Part shown: positions 19,852 through 29,089 of the stretch, piece by piece | Numbering within the stretch: the stretch's first letter is position 1 | Layout: each line of letters begins with the position of its first letter | Assembly: GCA_963715865.1 (NCBI GenBank) | Contig: OY970280.1 | Coordinates: forward strand, 1,760,001-1,824,000 | Length of the DNA stretch: 64,000 bases | Origin: Candidatus Bathyarchaeota archaeon | Lineage (GTDB): Archaea; Thermoproteota; Bathyarchaeia; Bathyarchaeales; Bathycorpusculaceae | Reading direction: 5' to 3' | Notes under the pieces: generated by a model | Told to the model about the DNA's origin: nothing | Seen by the model: the letters and a program-made list of their open reading frames with translations, nothing else | Database searches by the model: none | Translations under genes and position numbers: made by a program

Positions 19852-19990
19852 AAAAGGGACCTGCTTACTTTCATTATGAGCATGCGCCTTTTATTAACCG
19901 TTCGAGAGCATTGTAAGTATAGGATTGTATTGGAGTGTTGATTCCGAAGTGTTTATAGTTTACATTATATATTTTATTAACTGATCTTTA

Positions 19991-20434
19991 ATGAGTGAGA
20001 AAACAGTTTCGATTCTTAGGGCGCTGGGGAACCCGAATAAGGCAAAGATAATTGCGCATCTGGCTAAGCATAGGGGAGAGACTGCGGAAGGCATAGGCAA
20101 GCATCTGGGCTATCCGCTACCAACAGTCTACAAGTATCTAAGAGAGCTTGAGGCTGCAAGGGTCGTGGAGAGTGAAGCTAAGGGTAATACGAGGATTTAT
20201 TATGCGGGCGATTTCAAGCTTGAAGTGTCACCTGAGAAACTGATGGAGGCGTTCGAGGAACAAACAATAGAAGACGTTTACAGAGCCAAGTTTGGCGATG
20301 AAGGAATGAGAAGGCTTAGAGAGGTTGCTAAGAAGGCGAAGGCTGGCAAAATGACCTACAGGCAAGCGGCTTCCACTTTGGGCATAACCTATTATGAGTT
20401 TGTCTCGCTTTTGGAAGAGACTGGCGCAGCTTAA
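19991..20434 (+). CDS. ArsR-type wHTH protein with a C-terminal UPF0175-like domain; probable antitoxin
   Basis: ALGNPNKAKII wHTH and a C-terminal MTYRQAASTLGITYYEF motif; its stop overlaps the start of a PIN gene. Confidence 0.65.
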   Translation: MSEKTVSILRALGNPNKAKIIAHLAKHRGETAEGIGKHLGYPLPTVYKYLRELEAARVVESEAKGNTRIYYAGDFKLEVSPEKLMEAFEEQTIEDVYRAKFGDEGMRRLREVAKKAKAGKMTYRQAASTLGITYYEFVSLLEETGAA

Positions 20435-20931
20435 TGCATAAGCGCTTAGTCGTTGACTCATCTGTTCTAATAGCTTTAGATAGTCAGGGAAGACTTGAGG
20501 GTCGTTTAAGACAGAGAAAGGATGAAGGCTATGAGGCAATTATCCCTGAGGCAATAATGAAAGAAGTAATCGAAGAACCAGTGAAGATTGCTGAAGAAAT
20601 TAGGGAAAGGTCTCCAGTTTTGGCGGACAAAGTAAGGGCGTCAGCCATGAGCATTAACGGCGCGATTGATCAAGGGCTGATAAAAGTTGTAACTGTAGAT
20701 TACAGAAAGCATTCTAAGGTTATGGATAACGTCAGGAAACACTTGAGTAAGCTAGAAGCGAAGCCTGAACACATGATAAAGAAGGGAGACACAGAGCTTA
20801 TAGCGCTAGTAATTCAGCTCTATTACGAAAATAAGGAGAAAGTTTTCGTGGCAACGTTTGATAAAGGGCTACTCAAAGCCCTTAAGCCATTCAGCAAAGA
20901 AGTAGAATACGAAGTCTTAGAAAGACTTTGA
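20434..20931 (+). CDS. PIN-domain protein (VapC-like toxin)
   Basis: LVVDSSVLI first-strand Asp, GDTELIAL and VATFDKGL acidic PIN positions. Confidence 0.75.
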   Translation: MHKRLVVDSSVLIALDSQGRLEGRLRQRKDEGYEAIIPEAIMKEVIEEPVKIAEEIRERSPVLADKVRASAMSINGAIDQGLIKVVTVDYRKHSKVMDNVRKHLSKLEAKPEHMIKKGDTELIALVIQLYYENKEKVFVATFDKGLLKALKPFSKEVEYEVLERL

Positions 20932-21067
20932 AGATGAAGACCACAAAATTGTTTTGAATCTTTTGAGCTTACTAATGCTCTATGTATGTCTTTTTTGCTG
21001 CTTGGCCTTTTATTAACCTGTTTCGTGAGTTGTTGTAGGCATCTTGACTTTTGAAAAATTGTTGTAG

Positions 21068-21514
21068 TTATCTTTTGGTTTCTATGATTTGAAGAAATTC
21101 GTTCACTGGCATTATTTGCGTTTTCTTGTAGCAAGCTACTTTGAGGAGGTGCTTGTCGCCGCTAACTATGTAGTCTGCTCCAGCTGCAAAGGCGCATTCT
21201 ATGAACTTATCGTCTGCCGGATGTTCCTTAACAGCATTAAGCTTTTTCGTGACTTTGACGAATTTCGCAATTTTCAGCACTGTTTCAATTAAATCTTCTC
21301 TGCGTAATCTTTCAGCTTGGTAGGTCTTCTTAAGCTTAGGATAAGTTAAAACCTGATTAACTTCTGCGACAATTTCTTCGGACGTAAGGATGCTGACTCT
21401 GTACTGTTCGGCGGCCTTTATGATTTCTGCGGGTTTCCCACCCCAAAGCAATGCTGAAACCCAAACGTTTGTGTCAAGAACTACTTTTGGCTCTTGCTTC
21501 GTCGATGAGGGCAT
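21068..21514 (-). CDS. PIN-family putative toxin component
   Basis: VVLDTNVWVSAL, HPADDKFIECA and ADYIVSGDKHLL. Confidence 0.9.
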   Translation of the reverse strand: MPSSTKQEPKVVLDTNVWVSALLWGGKPAEIIKAAEQYRVSILTSEEIVAEVNQVLTYPKLKKTYQAERLRREDLIETVLKIAKFVKVTKKLNAVKEHPADDKFIECAFAAGADYIVSGDKHLLKVACYKKTQIMPVNEFLQIIETKR

Positions 21515-21734
21515 TTATGTCTTCCTCCGAAAGACCCATCTGTCGAACTCTAGCCCACACTGGCTTGAGGGTTTCTTCAAAGGATTTATCAATTATTTTT
21601 TTAAGAACAATGGTATCATCAATAGCTATTGCTAGGAGCTTCTCGCCTTTCTTGAGGCTAGCTGCCTTCCGCACATTCGCGGGGATAACCACTTGCCCTT
21701 TAGAGGAAACTTTAGTTGTGGATGCCTCCACCAT
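21474..21734 (-). CDS. AbrB/MazE/SpoVT-family antitoxin
   Basis: TKVSSKGQVVIPANVRK motif; ATG at 21734; overlaps the downstream PIN gene. Confidence 0.9.
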   Translation of the reverse strand: MVEASTTKVSSKGQVVIPANVRKAASLKKGEKLLAIAIDDTIVLKKIIDKSFEETLKPVWARVRQMGLSEEDINALIDEARAKSSS

Positions 21735-21791
21735 GCTCTCACCACTCAAAAGTAAGAACATTCTTACTTATAACAATATTGCGAAAATAGC

Positions 21792-21890
21792 CTAGGCTTT
21801 ATCGATGGCTTCTCGACCCCACGGAAACCAGTCAACTGGGTTATAGGCGTGCTGGAAAAGGCAGGCACTTTTTAGCTATGAGAACTACAC
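21792..21890 (-). pseudogene. Degraded fragment of a DUF255/YyaL gene 5' end
   Basis: Minus-strand frame reads [27 protein letters not shown]. About three-quarters of bases match 19733-19810 by manual alignment. Confidence 0.8.
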
Positions 21891-22024
21891 GTAAAAAGAG
21901 GGTATCCCTTCGGACCATCAGCTTTGTGGGGGCACTGACTCCTTTCAGCAGTTATTTTGCGAAATCGTCCAAACCAGACTAAATCTAGCGTGCCTGTTGA
22001 TTTCCATTCTTACTGTTATGTAGC

Positions 22025-23119
22025 TCAGACTAGTCTGAGGAGCGTCTCCTTGTAAACCTGAATCGCATTCAAGTACTCGCTTATGTCAATGTGCTCATCT
22101 AAGGTGTGGTCAAGGTGCGAGTCGCCTGGACCGTAAGTGACTATGGGCAGGTTCATGGCTTTACCGAGAATGTTCATGTCGCCGGTTCCGGTTTTGCGCA
22201 GAAGCGTTGCTGGCTTGTTCAGCACTTTCCTAACCGAAGACGATAATACATGTACCAGCGGTGAAGCCTTGTTCACTTCAAAAGGCTCGACAGTGTCTAA
22301 AACGGTTGCTTTCGCAGTAACCTTCGGATTAGCAGCCTGATACTTCGCAATTAACTTCTCTATCTCCTCAAAAACCTGAGCCGTGGAAAATTGGATTGGC
22401 ACTCGAACGTCAATGTTCAATTCAGCTTCAAACGGAATCACGGAGGTTGCTCTGCCACCCGTAACTTTAACCAAGCAGACTGTAACAGCATAAAAAGGGC
22501 TCTCTGCAGGCTCCAGCGCCGGATAAGGATACGCGTTTTTGATTTGTCCCCAAAGCTCATACGCTTTCTCCAACGCGTTCTCGTAAAGCCAAGGCATAGA
22601 CGCATGACCAGTCTGAGTCCTGCAAACAATCTTAAGCTGGATTTGACCTTTGTAACCGATGGTTACGTTCTCAACACCGCTGGGCTCACCAAAAATCGCG
22701 TAGTCAGCCTTAATTCCCTGAGTTATCAAGTGCTTGACGCCTCGGCTGGTGGCTTCTTCCTCGACAACGCTTGCAACTAAAATTTTACCCTTAAACCCCG
22801 GCTCCTTACCAGCAGCAGCCGCAGCCATAACCATCGCAGCAAGCGGACCTTTAGCGTCCACAGCGCCACGAGCATAGAGTTTGCCTTCTTCAATCCGAAG
22901 CGGCAAATGCCCAGCCACCGTATCCATGTGCCCGCATAACAAGATGACTGGTTCGCCTTCACCCACAACGCCTATTACGTTTCCGATGCCATCTTTTCCA
23001 ACATCAAAACCCATCTTCTTCATTTCATAAGCTAAGAAGTTGGCTATATCCTCTTCTTTTCCTGAAGGACTGTAAATGCCAAGAAGATTAGTTAGGAACC
23101 GTACTGCTTGCTCGCTCAT
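22025..23119 (-). CDS. lysK: [LysW]-lysine/[LysW]-ornithine hydrolase (M20 peptidase)
   Basis: GHMDTV, GAVDAKGPL, EEE, GTGDMN and YGPGDSHLDHT; last gene of the lysW cluster. Confidence 0.93.
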   Translation of the reverse strand: MSEQAVRFLTNLLGIYSPSGKEEDIANFLAYEMKKMGFDVGKDGIGNVIGVVGEGEPVILLCGHMDTVAGHLPLRIEEGKLYARGAVDAKGPLAAMVMAAAAAGKEPGFKGKILVASVVEEEATSRGVKHLITQGIKADYAIFGEPSGVENVTIGYKGQIQLKIVCRTQTGHASMPWLYENALEKAYELWGQIKNAYPYPALEPAESPFYAVTVCLVKVTGGRATSVIPFEAELNIDVRVPIQFSTAQVFEEIEKLIAKYQAANPKVTAKATVLDTVEPFEVNKASPLVHVLSSSVRKVLNKPATLLRKTGTGDMNILGKAMNLPIVTYGPGDSHLDHTLDEHIDISEYLNAIQVYKETLLRLV

Positions 23120-24299
23120 TTTCTTCTTCCCCTAAAACCTCGTCTAAAACAGCAACTGCCCGATTAATCTGTTCTTTCTCAATCACAAGCGGCGGCAATA
23201 AACGAACTACGGTTCTTCCAGCATCCAGCACCAGAACACCTCTCGCTACTGCCTTAAGAATCACGTTAAGAACGTCATACCGCAATTCCACACCAAGCAT
23301 CAAGCCTAAACCGCGAACTTCCTTGACGATTTTATGCTTAGCCTGCAAACCTTCCAACTGAACCTTGAAATACTTGCCCATTTCCGCCGCGCGTTCAGCA
23401 AGTTTTTCTTCCACAAGCGCATCTATGGCAGCGCATCCAGCAGCACAAACCAGCGGGCTTCCACTGAAAGTAGTCGAGTGCTCACCAACTTTAAGCGCTG
23501 ACATAATGTTTTCCTTGGCTACGGTTATGCCGATTGGTAAGCCGCCTGCAAACGGCTTCGCCAAACACATAACATCAGGCGTAACACCCCAGTTCTGGCA
23601 CCCGAACAGTTTGCCCGTCCGTCCGAAACTGGTTTGCACCTCATCAAAGATTAAGAGAACGTTCTTTTCGTCGCAGATTTCACGTACCGCCTGCAAGTAA
23701 CCGTCTGGTGGAACACGAACACCGCCTTCACCGCGGATTGGCTCCATCAAAACTGCGGCTGTTTTCTCTGTTATGGCTTCACGGATTTTATCGGCATTGT
23801 CAGGCGCTACATGCTTGAACCCTGGAACCAGCGGCATGAAAGGCTCGCGGTATTTCTTGTCCCATGTGGCGGATAGTGCGCCCATGGTTTTGCCGTGAAA
23901 AGCGCCCATTAAAGCGATTATTTCTGGTTTACCTTTGAATTTGCGGGCGAGTTTTATGGCGCATTCGACGGATTCGGCGCCGCTGTTTGAAAGAAACGCT
24001 TTGTCCAAGCCTTTCGGCGTTATCTGCACAAGCTTCTCTACGAATTCAGCGCGTTTGTCATTGTAGAAGCCGCTGTGACAAGAAATCAACTTTTCAGCTT
24101 GAGCGCAAACTGCCTGCACAACTTTTGGGTGACAATGCCCCAGCAACGCTACACCATAGCTGCTTGTGCAATCAACGTATTCTTTGCCATTTATATCCCA
24201 AACAAGCGCGCCTTTACCTCTTGTAAGTACGACTGATTTTTTGGAGAAAACATTCGCCATGAACCGATTTTCAATATCCATTATGTCTTTGTCATTCAC
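23088..24299 (-). CDS. lysJ: [LysW]-aminoadipate semialdehyde / [LysW]-glutamate semialdehyde transaminase
   Basis: NSGAESVECA, FHGKTMGALS, EPIRGEGG, DEVQT and LAKPFAGGLPIG class III aminotransferase motifs. Confidence 0.93.
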   Translation of the reverse strand: MNDKDIMDIENRFMANVFSKKSVVLTRGKGALVWDINGKEYVDCTSSYGVALLGHCHPKVVQAVCAQAEKLISCHSGFYNDKRAEFVEKLVQITPKGLDKAFLSNSGAESVECAIKLARKFKGKPEIIALMGAFHGKTMGALSATWDKKYREPFMPLVPGFKHVAPDNADKIREAITEKTAAVLMEPIRGEGGVRVPPDGYLQAVREICDEKNVLLIFDEVQTSFGRTGKLFGCQNWGVTPDVMCLAKPFAGGLPIGITVAKENIMSALKVGEHSTTFSGSPLVCAAGCAAIDALVEEKLAERAAEMGKYFKVQLEGLQAKHKIVKEVRGLGLMLGVELRYDVLNVILKAVARGVLVLDAGRTVVRLLPPLVIEKEQINRAVAVLDEVLGEEENERASSTVPN

Positions 24300-25110
24300 C
24301 TGTTATCACTGTACCAACCTTATGATTCAAAGCGGAACTAATAGGCTGATTTCCCGTGCCTGAGGTAACTAAAACTTCCTTGACACCTTGATTTAACGCT
24401 TCCAGCGCCGCGTGCACTTTGGTGCTCATGCCTTGCCCAATGCTTGACATGACCTCTTTAACTTCGGTTGCACTAATTTTCGGAACGCACTCGCCCTTAA
24501 GCATTAAGCCTTGCACGTCAGTAAGTAGGATTAGGCGGTCTGCTTTGAGGGCACCCGCGATTATGGCTGCTGCTCTGTCGCCGTCCACGTTGAGTGACTC
24601 AAAATCTTGGCTCACCGCAATAGGCGTCACAATCGGCACGTAACCTTTTTCAAGCAGAAGATTCAGCAGACCAGCGTTGACTTGAGTTATTTTTCCAGTG
24701 TAACCGCCATCGATTACTTTTTTTCTGCCGCGTTCGTCAACGGCGATGAGCTTGGTTTTTCGTTCAGCCTTCAAGGTTGCCGCATCCAAGCCGGTTACGC
24801 CGACAGCTGGGATGCCTTGGCTTTGCAGCGCTAAAACGATTTGCTTGTTGATTTTGCCTGCCATAACCATAGTGTAAATCTCAATTGTTTCTTTGTCGGT
24901 GTAGCGGCTTCTGAACCCTTCGGGTGAAATTATGAATTTTTGTTCTTTGCCGAGTTTTGAGGCGATTTCGGTGACTTCGACGCCTCCGCCGTGCACAATG
25001 ATGACCTTGTTGTCTTTGGCTACGTCTTTTAGGTCGGCGACTAAATCGGTTGATGCGCCTTCTTTGAGTATGCTTCCGCCCATCTTAATTACAAGCAGCA
25101 TTGCTATCAC
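24292..25110 (-). CDS. lysZ: [LysW]-aminoadipate / [LysW]-glutamate kinase
   Basis: IKMGGS, VHGGG, SPEGFRSRYTD, NVDGDRAAA and GMSTK. Confidence 0.94.
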   Translation of the reverse strand: MIAMLLVIKMGGSILKEGASTDLVADLKDVAKDNKVIIVHGGGVEVTEIASKLGKEQKFIISPEGFRSRYTDKETIEIYTMVMAGKINKQIVLALQSQGIPAVGVTGLDAATLKAERKTKLIAVDERGRKKVIDGGYTGKITQVNAGLLNLLLEKGYVPIVTPIAVSQDFESLNVDGDRAAAIIAGALKADRLILLTDVQGLMLKGECVPKISATEVKEVMSSIGQGMSTKVHAALEALNQGVKEVLVTSGTGNQPISSALNHKVGTVITGE

Positions 25111-26162
25111 ATCGGATGGAAACCAGTACTCTTTAGCCCAGTTGTCTCATCTATGCCCATAAGTATGTTCATGCATTGGACTGCTTGACCTGAAGCGCCT
25201 TTAGTCATGTTGTCTAAGGCTGAGAAAAGCAAAAGCCGATTCGCATGCTCATCAATTTCAAAGCCGACATCACAGTAGTTTGTACCCATAGTCACTTTCG
25301 GGTCAGGCAACTGGTATGGACCCTTCTGGTATTTCACTAAACGTATGAAAGGTTCACTCCCATACTGTCCACGAAGAGCTTTCCAAATGTCCTTGCTGGT
25401 TATTGGCTGTTTGGGGAAAGTGTGAACAGTGGCAAGGATCCCGCGCACCATGTTAACGGCATGCGGAGTCAACGATACAGTAACAGGTTCGCTAGTTAAC
25501 GCGTTTAATTCTTGTTCTACTTCACCGATATGGCGGTGTCCCACTACCTTGTATGGTCGTACACCACTGAACCGTTCAGGATGATGTGAAGCGATGGAGA
25601 GTTTGCTTCCTGCACCTGATGAGCCGACTTTTAGATCGGAAATTATACGGTTTTTCTCGATAAACCCTGCTTTTATTATGGGGGCTAAGGCGTAAATTGT
25701 TGTTGCTGCCATGCAGCCTGGACAAGCGACGAGCTTAGCGTTTTTTATTTCTTCGCGATGAAGTTCGGGCAAGCCGTATGCTGCTTCTTTGAGCATTTCT
25801 GGGTGGGCATGTTTCCAACCATAGTAGGTTTCGTAGTCGGCTGGGTTTTTGAGGCGGAAGTCAGCGCTCATGTCGATTACTTTTAAGCCTGCATCTAAGA
25901 GTTTGGGGACTAAATTGACTGAGCCGCCGTGTGGAGTTGCGGTGAAGATTAAGTCGCAGTTTTTCTGCAACTCAGCCATATCTTGGGGAACAAATTTTAA
26001 TTGTGTCAAACCTCGCAGGTTCGGGTGTACGTTGAAGATGTATTCGCCTACGCTTTGGCGTGAAGTAACCATGGTTACCTCTGCTTGCGGGTGAAGAAGT
26101 AGGAGTCGCAGGAGTTCGCTGCCGACGTATCCTGAACCGCCAATTATTCCAATTCTCAACAT
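25107..26162 (-). CDS. lysY: [LysW]-aminoadipyl-phosphate / [LysW]-glutamyl-phosphate reductase (ArgC family)
   Basis: GGSGYVG, DMSADFRL, ACPGCMA, HRHIGE and DNMTKGASGQA. Confidence 0.95.
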   Translation of the reverse strand: MLRIGIIGGSGYVGSELLRLLLLHPQAEVTMVTSRQSVGEYIFNVHPNLRGLTQLKFVPQDMAELQKNCDLIFTATPHGGSVNLVPKLLDAGLKVIDMSADFRLKNPADYETYYGWKHAHPEMLKEAAYGLPELHREEIKNAKLVACPGCMAATTIYALAPIIKAGFIEKNRIISDLKVGSSGAGSKLSIASHHPERFSGVRPYKVVGHRHIGEVEQELNALTSEPVTVSLTPHAVNMVRGILATVHTFPKQPITSKDIWKALRGQYGSEPFIRLVKYQKGPYQLPDPKVTMGTNYCDVGFEIDEHANRLLLFSALDNMTKGASGQAVQCMNILMGIDETTGLKSTGFHPM

Positions 26163-26182
26163 TTCCGTTTTTCCTCGTTACT

Positions 26183-27367
26183 TTAATGGTCGATTAGGCT
26201 TTGGGCGCTTTTTAAGAGTGGAACCGCCACGTTAAAGCCTGTTGCGAGTCGAGTGTTCTCCCAGAATTCTGGGCAGGAATTCGACTCATGAAAGACTAAG
26301 GCGCTCTTATTTTTTTCTACGCTTTCTTCAATTATGTTTTTAATATTTTCGTAATGCTTACTGTTCACATAGCCGTGGAACGCTGTTTCTAATTTGCTGT
26401 TCCATGCTGGGAAGTCAGTTAGGCGTGTTTCATCCTGCTTAACTTTTTGAACAGGCACAAACGCTTGCGCTGCCTTATCAAGTTCAGCTTTAAGGTAAGC
26501 GTCGTCCACTGTCTTGTTTTCTTTAACGTTTACCATGGCATCTAAAGCTAAAATCCATGCTTCACTGCCTTTGCCAAGAGTTTTGCCACATTTCACCGCT
26601 AACTCCTGAACGCTTAGGGGTAATTTGGCGCCGAAAACCAAGTTGCCCAAGAAAGTGTTTGTTCTGAAATCCTTAAAGCCGGCTCTTGCCATTGCAATGT
26701 GATAGCAAGCGGGTTGTTTACCTTTCTCTTTGGAAACGATTATTCTTAAATCGTAAAACCATTTTTCGACTAATTCCTGCGCGACTATGCCGACAGGGTT
26801 AATTATTGAGGGTTTTGTTTCTTGGATGTTAGCGATTAGCTCTTCATGGTTTTTTGCAAGCATAATCATTTTGCCATGTGTCCCAGCGTCAGCTTTAATC
26901 ACTATGCCTTCCGAAAGGGGGATTTCTTGTTGAAATAGTTCTGCTATGTCTTTTTCGTTATGGATTTCTTGCCCATTTTTCATTGTGTCCGCTGAGTCGC
27001 AAGGGACGTAAACTGTTTTGGGAATCGGTATGCCTTCTTTCCAAAGATGCAGTAATGTACGTAGTTTGCTGTAGCAGACGAATTCGATTTGAGAAGAATT
27101 TAATGTTTTTTTGCCAAGCATTTCCATGATATATGAGGCTTGAAGGCGACGGTTTTTGCTTTGCGCACGATTAAGCACGACAGCGGTATCTTTGATTATG
27201 CTTGTGTAGTCTTTGCCTTTGGTTTTAGCGCTGAAACCATCTTTGGAAATAGATAAAGCGATTTTTCGGAATGGCAAAAAAGTTAAATCTATTCCCAATT
27301 GCTGTGCAGTTAGTTTTATTCCGTTTTCGTCGTTTTCAGACCGTTCATACAAAAGTGCTATGCTCAT
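26183..27367 (-). CDS. lysX: Divergent RimK/LysX-family ATP-grasp ligase (LysW ligase by context) with a large insertion
   Basis: Recognisable ATP-grasp elements (VLNRA, GIPIPKT, IKADAGTHG, QELVEK..YDLRI, FRTNTFLG, D276, ExN in HESNSCPEF); position directly after lysW. 394 aa versus roughly 280 for typical LysX. Confidence 0.75.
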   Translation of the reverse strand: MSIALLYERSENDENGIKLTAQQLGIDLTFLPFRKIALSISKDGFSAKTKGKDYTSIIKDTAVVLNRAQSKNRRLQASYIMEMLGKKTLNSSQIEFVCYSKLRTLLHLWKEGIPIPKTVYVPCDSADTMKNGQEIHNEKDIAELFQQEIPLSEGIVIKADAGTHGKMIMLAKNHEELIANIQETKPSIINPVGIVAQELVEKWFYDLRIIVSKEKGKQPACYHIAMARAGFKDFRTNTFLGNLVFGAKLPLSVQELAVKCGKTLGKGSEAWILALDAMVNVKENKTVDDAYLKAELDKAAQAFVPVQKVKQDETRLTDFPAWNSKLETAFHGYVNSKHYENIKNIIEESVEKNKSALVFHESNSCPEFWENTRLATGFNVAVPLLKSAQSLIDH

Positions 27368-27437
27368 CGCTTATCTGCTTCCATCAAAAATTTTTTTAAA
27401 AAACTGATTTAAATAAAGGCTTTTTAGTAAATACTGT

Positions 27438-27656
27438 TTATTCGCCCCAGTCTTCTCCTTCAATCGTTAATTCTTGAAGGTCTACGCATCCGCCTTTCAC
27501 TTGTTTAACTTCTAGTTCCAGTCCGCAGCCCGGGCAACTTAGGATTTCTCCTTTTTCTGTGTCTGCTGGAACATCAAGCTCTGCGTCGCAGTCAGGGCAT
27601 CTTGCCTTGTTTATAGCCTTCACCTCTTGAGGGTTTGAGTTTGCTTGTTTAATCAT
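27438..27656 (-). CDS. lysW: Amino-group carrier protein LysW (start may be the ATA at 27614)
   Basis: CPDC and CPGC zinc ribbon, acidic composition, C-terminal EDWGE signature. Confidence 0.97.
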   Translation of the reverse strand: MIKQANSNPQEVKAINKARCPDCDAELDVPADTEKGEILSCPGCGLELEVKQVKGGCVDLQELTIEGEDWGE

Positions 27657-27916
27657 TTTTGTTCGTCACTTTATTATCTCTGGAAATGTCTTTTTCAATA
27701 AACCCGACTTTAATTTAAACGTTGTGACTTATTTGTTACAAGTCGGACTTTTAATGTTCCATTTGGTGCAGACATTTTAGCATGGTAAAAACAGCTGGCG
27801 GTAGTGGAAAACGCACAATAAACACGTAAGCACAACGAAATTCGCATCACACTTTAAATGTTAATAAGGGAAATCGTTAAATTTTTCCCACAGCAATAAT
27901 CATTCGGCGATAAAAA

Positions 27917-28327
27917 ATGGACGAGAAAGATAAGCAAATAATCGAAATCCTAAAAGATGACGGCAGAGCAGGCTACGGCGAAATAGGCGCTAAAATCGGA
28001 TTATCTGAAGGCGCTGTGCGGAAAAGAATCAAAACTTTAACCGACGAAGGAGTAATTCGCAAATTCACTGTTAAAATCAGCCTAGCAGAAGGCGCCCAAG
28101 CCATAACTTTGCTAACAGCAAACCCAGCCTTTCCAACTCAGGAAGTCTCCAAGAAAATCCAAACAATCCCAAACGTTGAAACAACCTATGAAGTCAGCGG
28201 CGAATATGACATCGTGGCAGTCATCAGCGGAATGAACATGACAGAAGTTAACGAGTGCATAGAGAAAATTCGCATGGTAGAAGGCATCGTGAAAACCAAC
28301 ACAATGATAGTCCTAAGAAGTTCATGA
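27917..28327 (+). CDS. Lrp/AsnC-family regulator (LysM-like), divergent from lysW
   Basis: MDEKDKQIIEILKDDGR...GLSEGAVRKRIK HTH and a RAM domain (EVSGEYDI). Confidence 0.9.
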   Translation: MDEKDKQIIEILKDDGRAGYGEIGAKIGLSEGAVRKRIKTLTDEGVIRKFTVKISLAEGAQAITLLTANPAFPTQEVSKKIQTIPNVETTYEVSGEYDIVAVISGMNMTEVNECIEKIRMVEGIVKTNTMIVLRSS

Positions 28328-28565
28328 CATTTAACGTAGACTCAACCGCATCAGAATTGCTCTCACTTACTCTGTAGTTGCTTTATCAAGCTTCTGCCAC
28401 TTGCTGCCTAATTCTAAAGCAAATATCCTTCATAGTTTTGTAAATATAAATTGTGCCTTTTTGGCGTAGCCTGTTTAAGTGTTGCACAGATGCTCAAGAT
28501 ATATTATTAAGTCGTAATGTTTAATACACCAAGCATGACTACGTAACAATAACATAGTGACAAAA

Positions 28566-29044
28566 TTGAACAACGGGAAAAAATCAGGGAAACTGCTCAT
28601 CGTTGCAAAGTACTAACAATAGTAGCATTAGCCTCAGTTCTAGTAGTCTTCGCTGCCATCCTCGGAACATTTCATGGAAGCTCAGTAACAGTAACCGATG
28701 TTGCACAAGGAACAGTCGAATACAGCCCTGACGGAAGCACGTGGGATACAAGCATGTCAGCATTCAATGTAAACGGCGGCTCGTGGTATGCGAGATTTGT
28801 TGTAAGCAGCACCACCTATATTGGAAGTGCAACTGTAACTTTCCAACTTGAAAAGCAAAACACAGATAGCTCATGGTCACCTACTGGCGCACCTGTAATA
28901 ATAAGCGATTTTGATTTAACTGGAGCAAGTCAAATTATCTATGCGTCAAACGACGGGCTTGTTACAAGCCAGAATCATGACTGGAGCGGCGACATCAGTA
29001 CTGGAGGAAACTACAGAATTACCGTAACTGTTGCTTCAGTGTAA
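28566..29044 (+). pseudogene. Secreted beta-rich protein interrupted by a 1-nt deletion near 28607-28609
   Basis: TTG at 28566, preceded by GTGA, gives MNNGKKSGKLLIVAKY*. The shifted frame continues VLTIVALASVLVVFAAILGTFHGSSVTV into the listed 28754-29044 ORF. Total length 479 nt = 160 codons minus 1 nt. Confidence 0.7.
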
Positions 29045-29089
29045 TATTGATGCTGAATCAACAAATTTTTTTAACAAATAACACCCAAT

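Noticed and set aside
27660-27916. Lys-sensing leader peptide upstream of lysW (MKKTFPEIIK*) and an Lrp box ACGAAATTCGC near 27835-27845
   Set aside because: The Lys codons are unclustered and expected by chance in A-rich DNA. The short palindrome is plausible for Lrp but too weak to call without comparative data.
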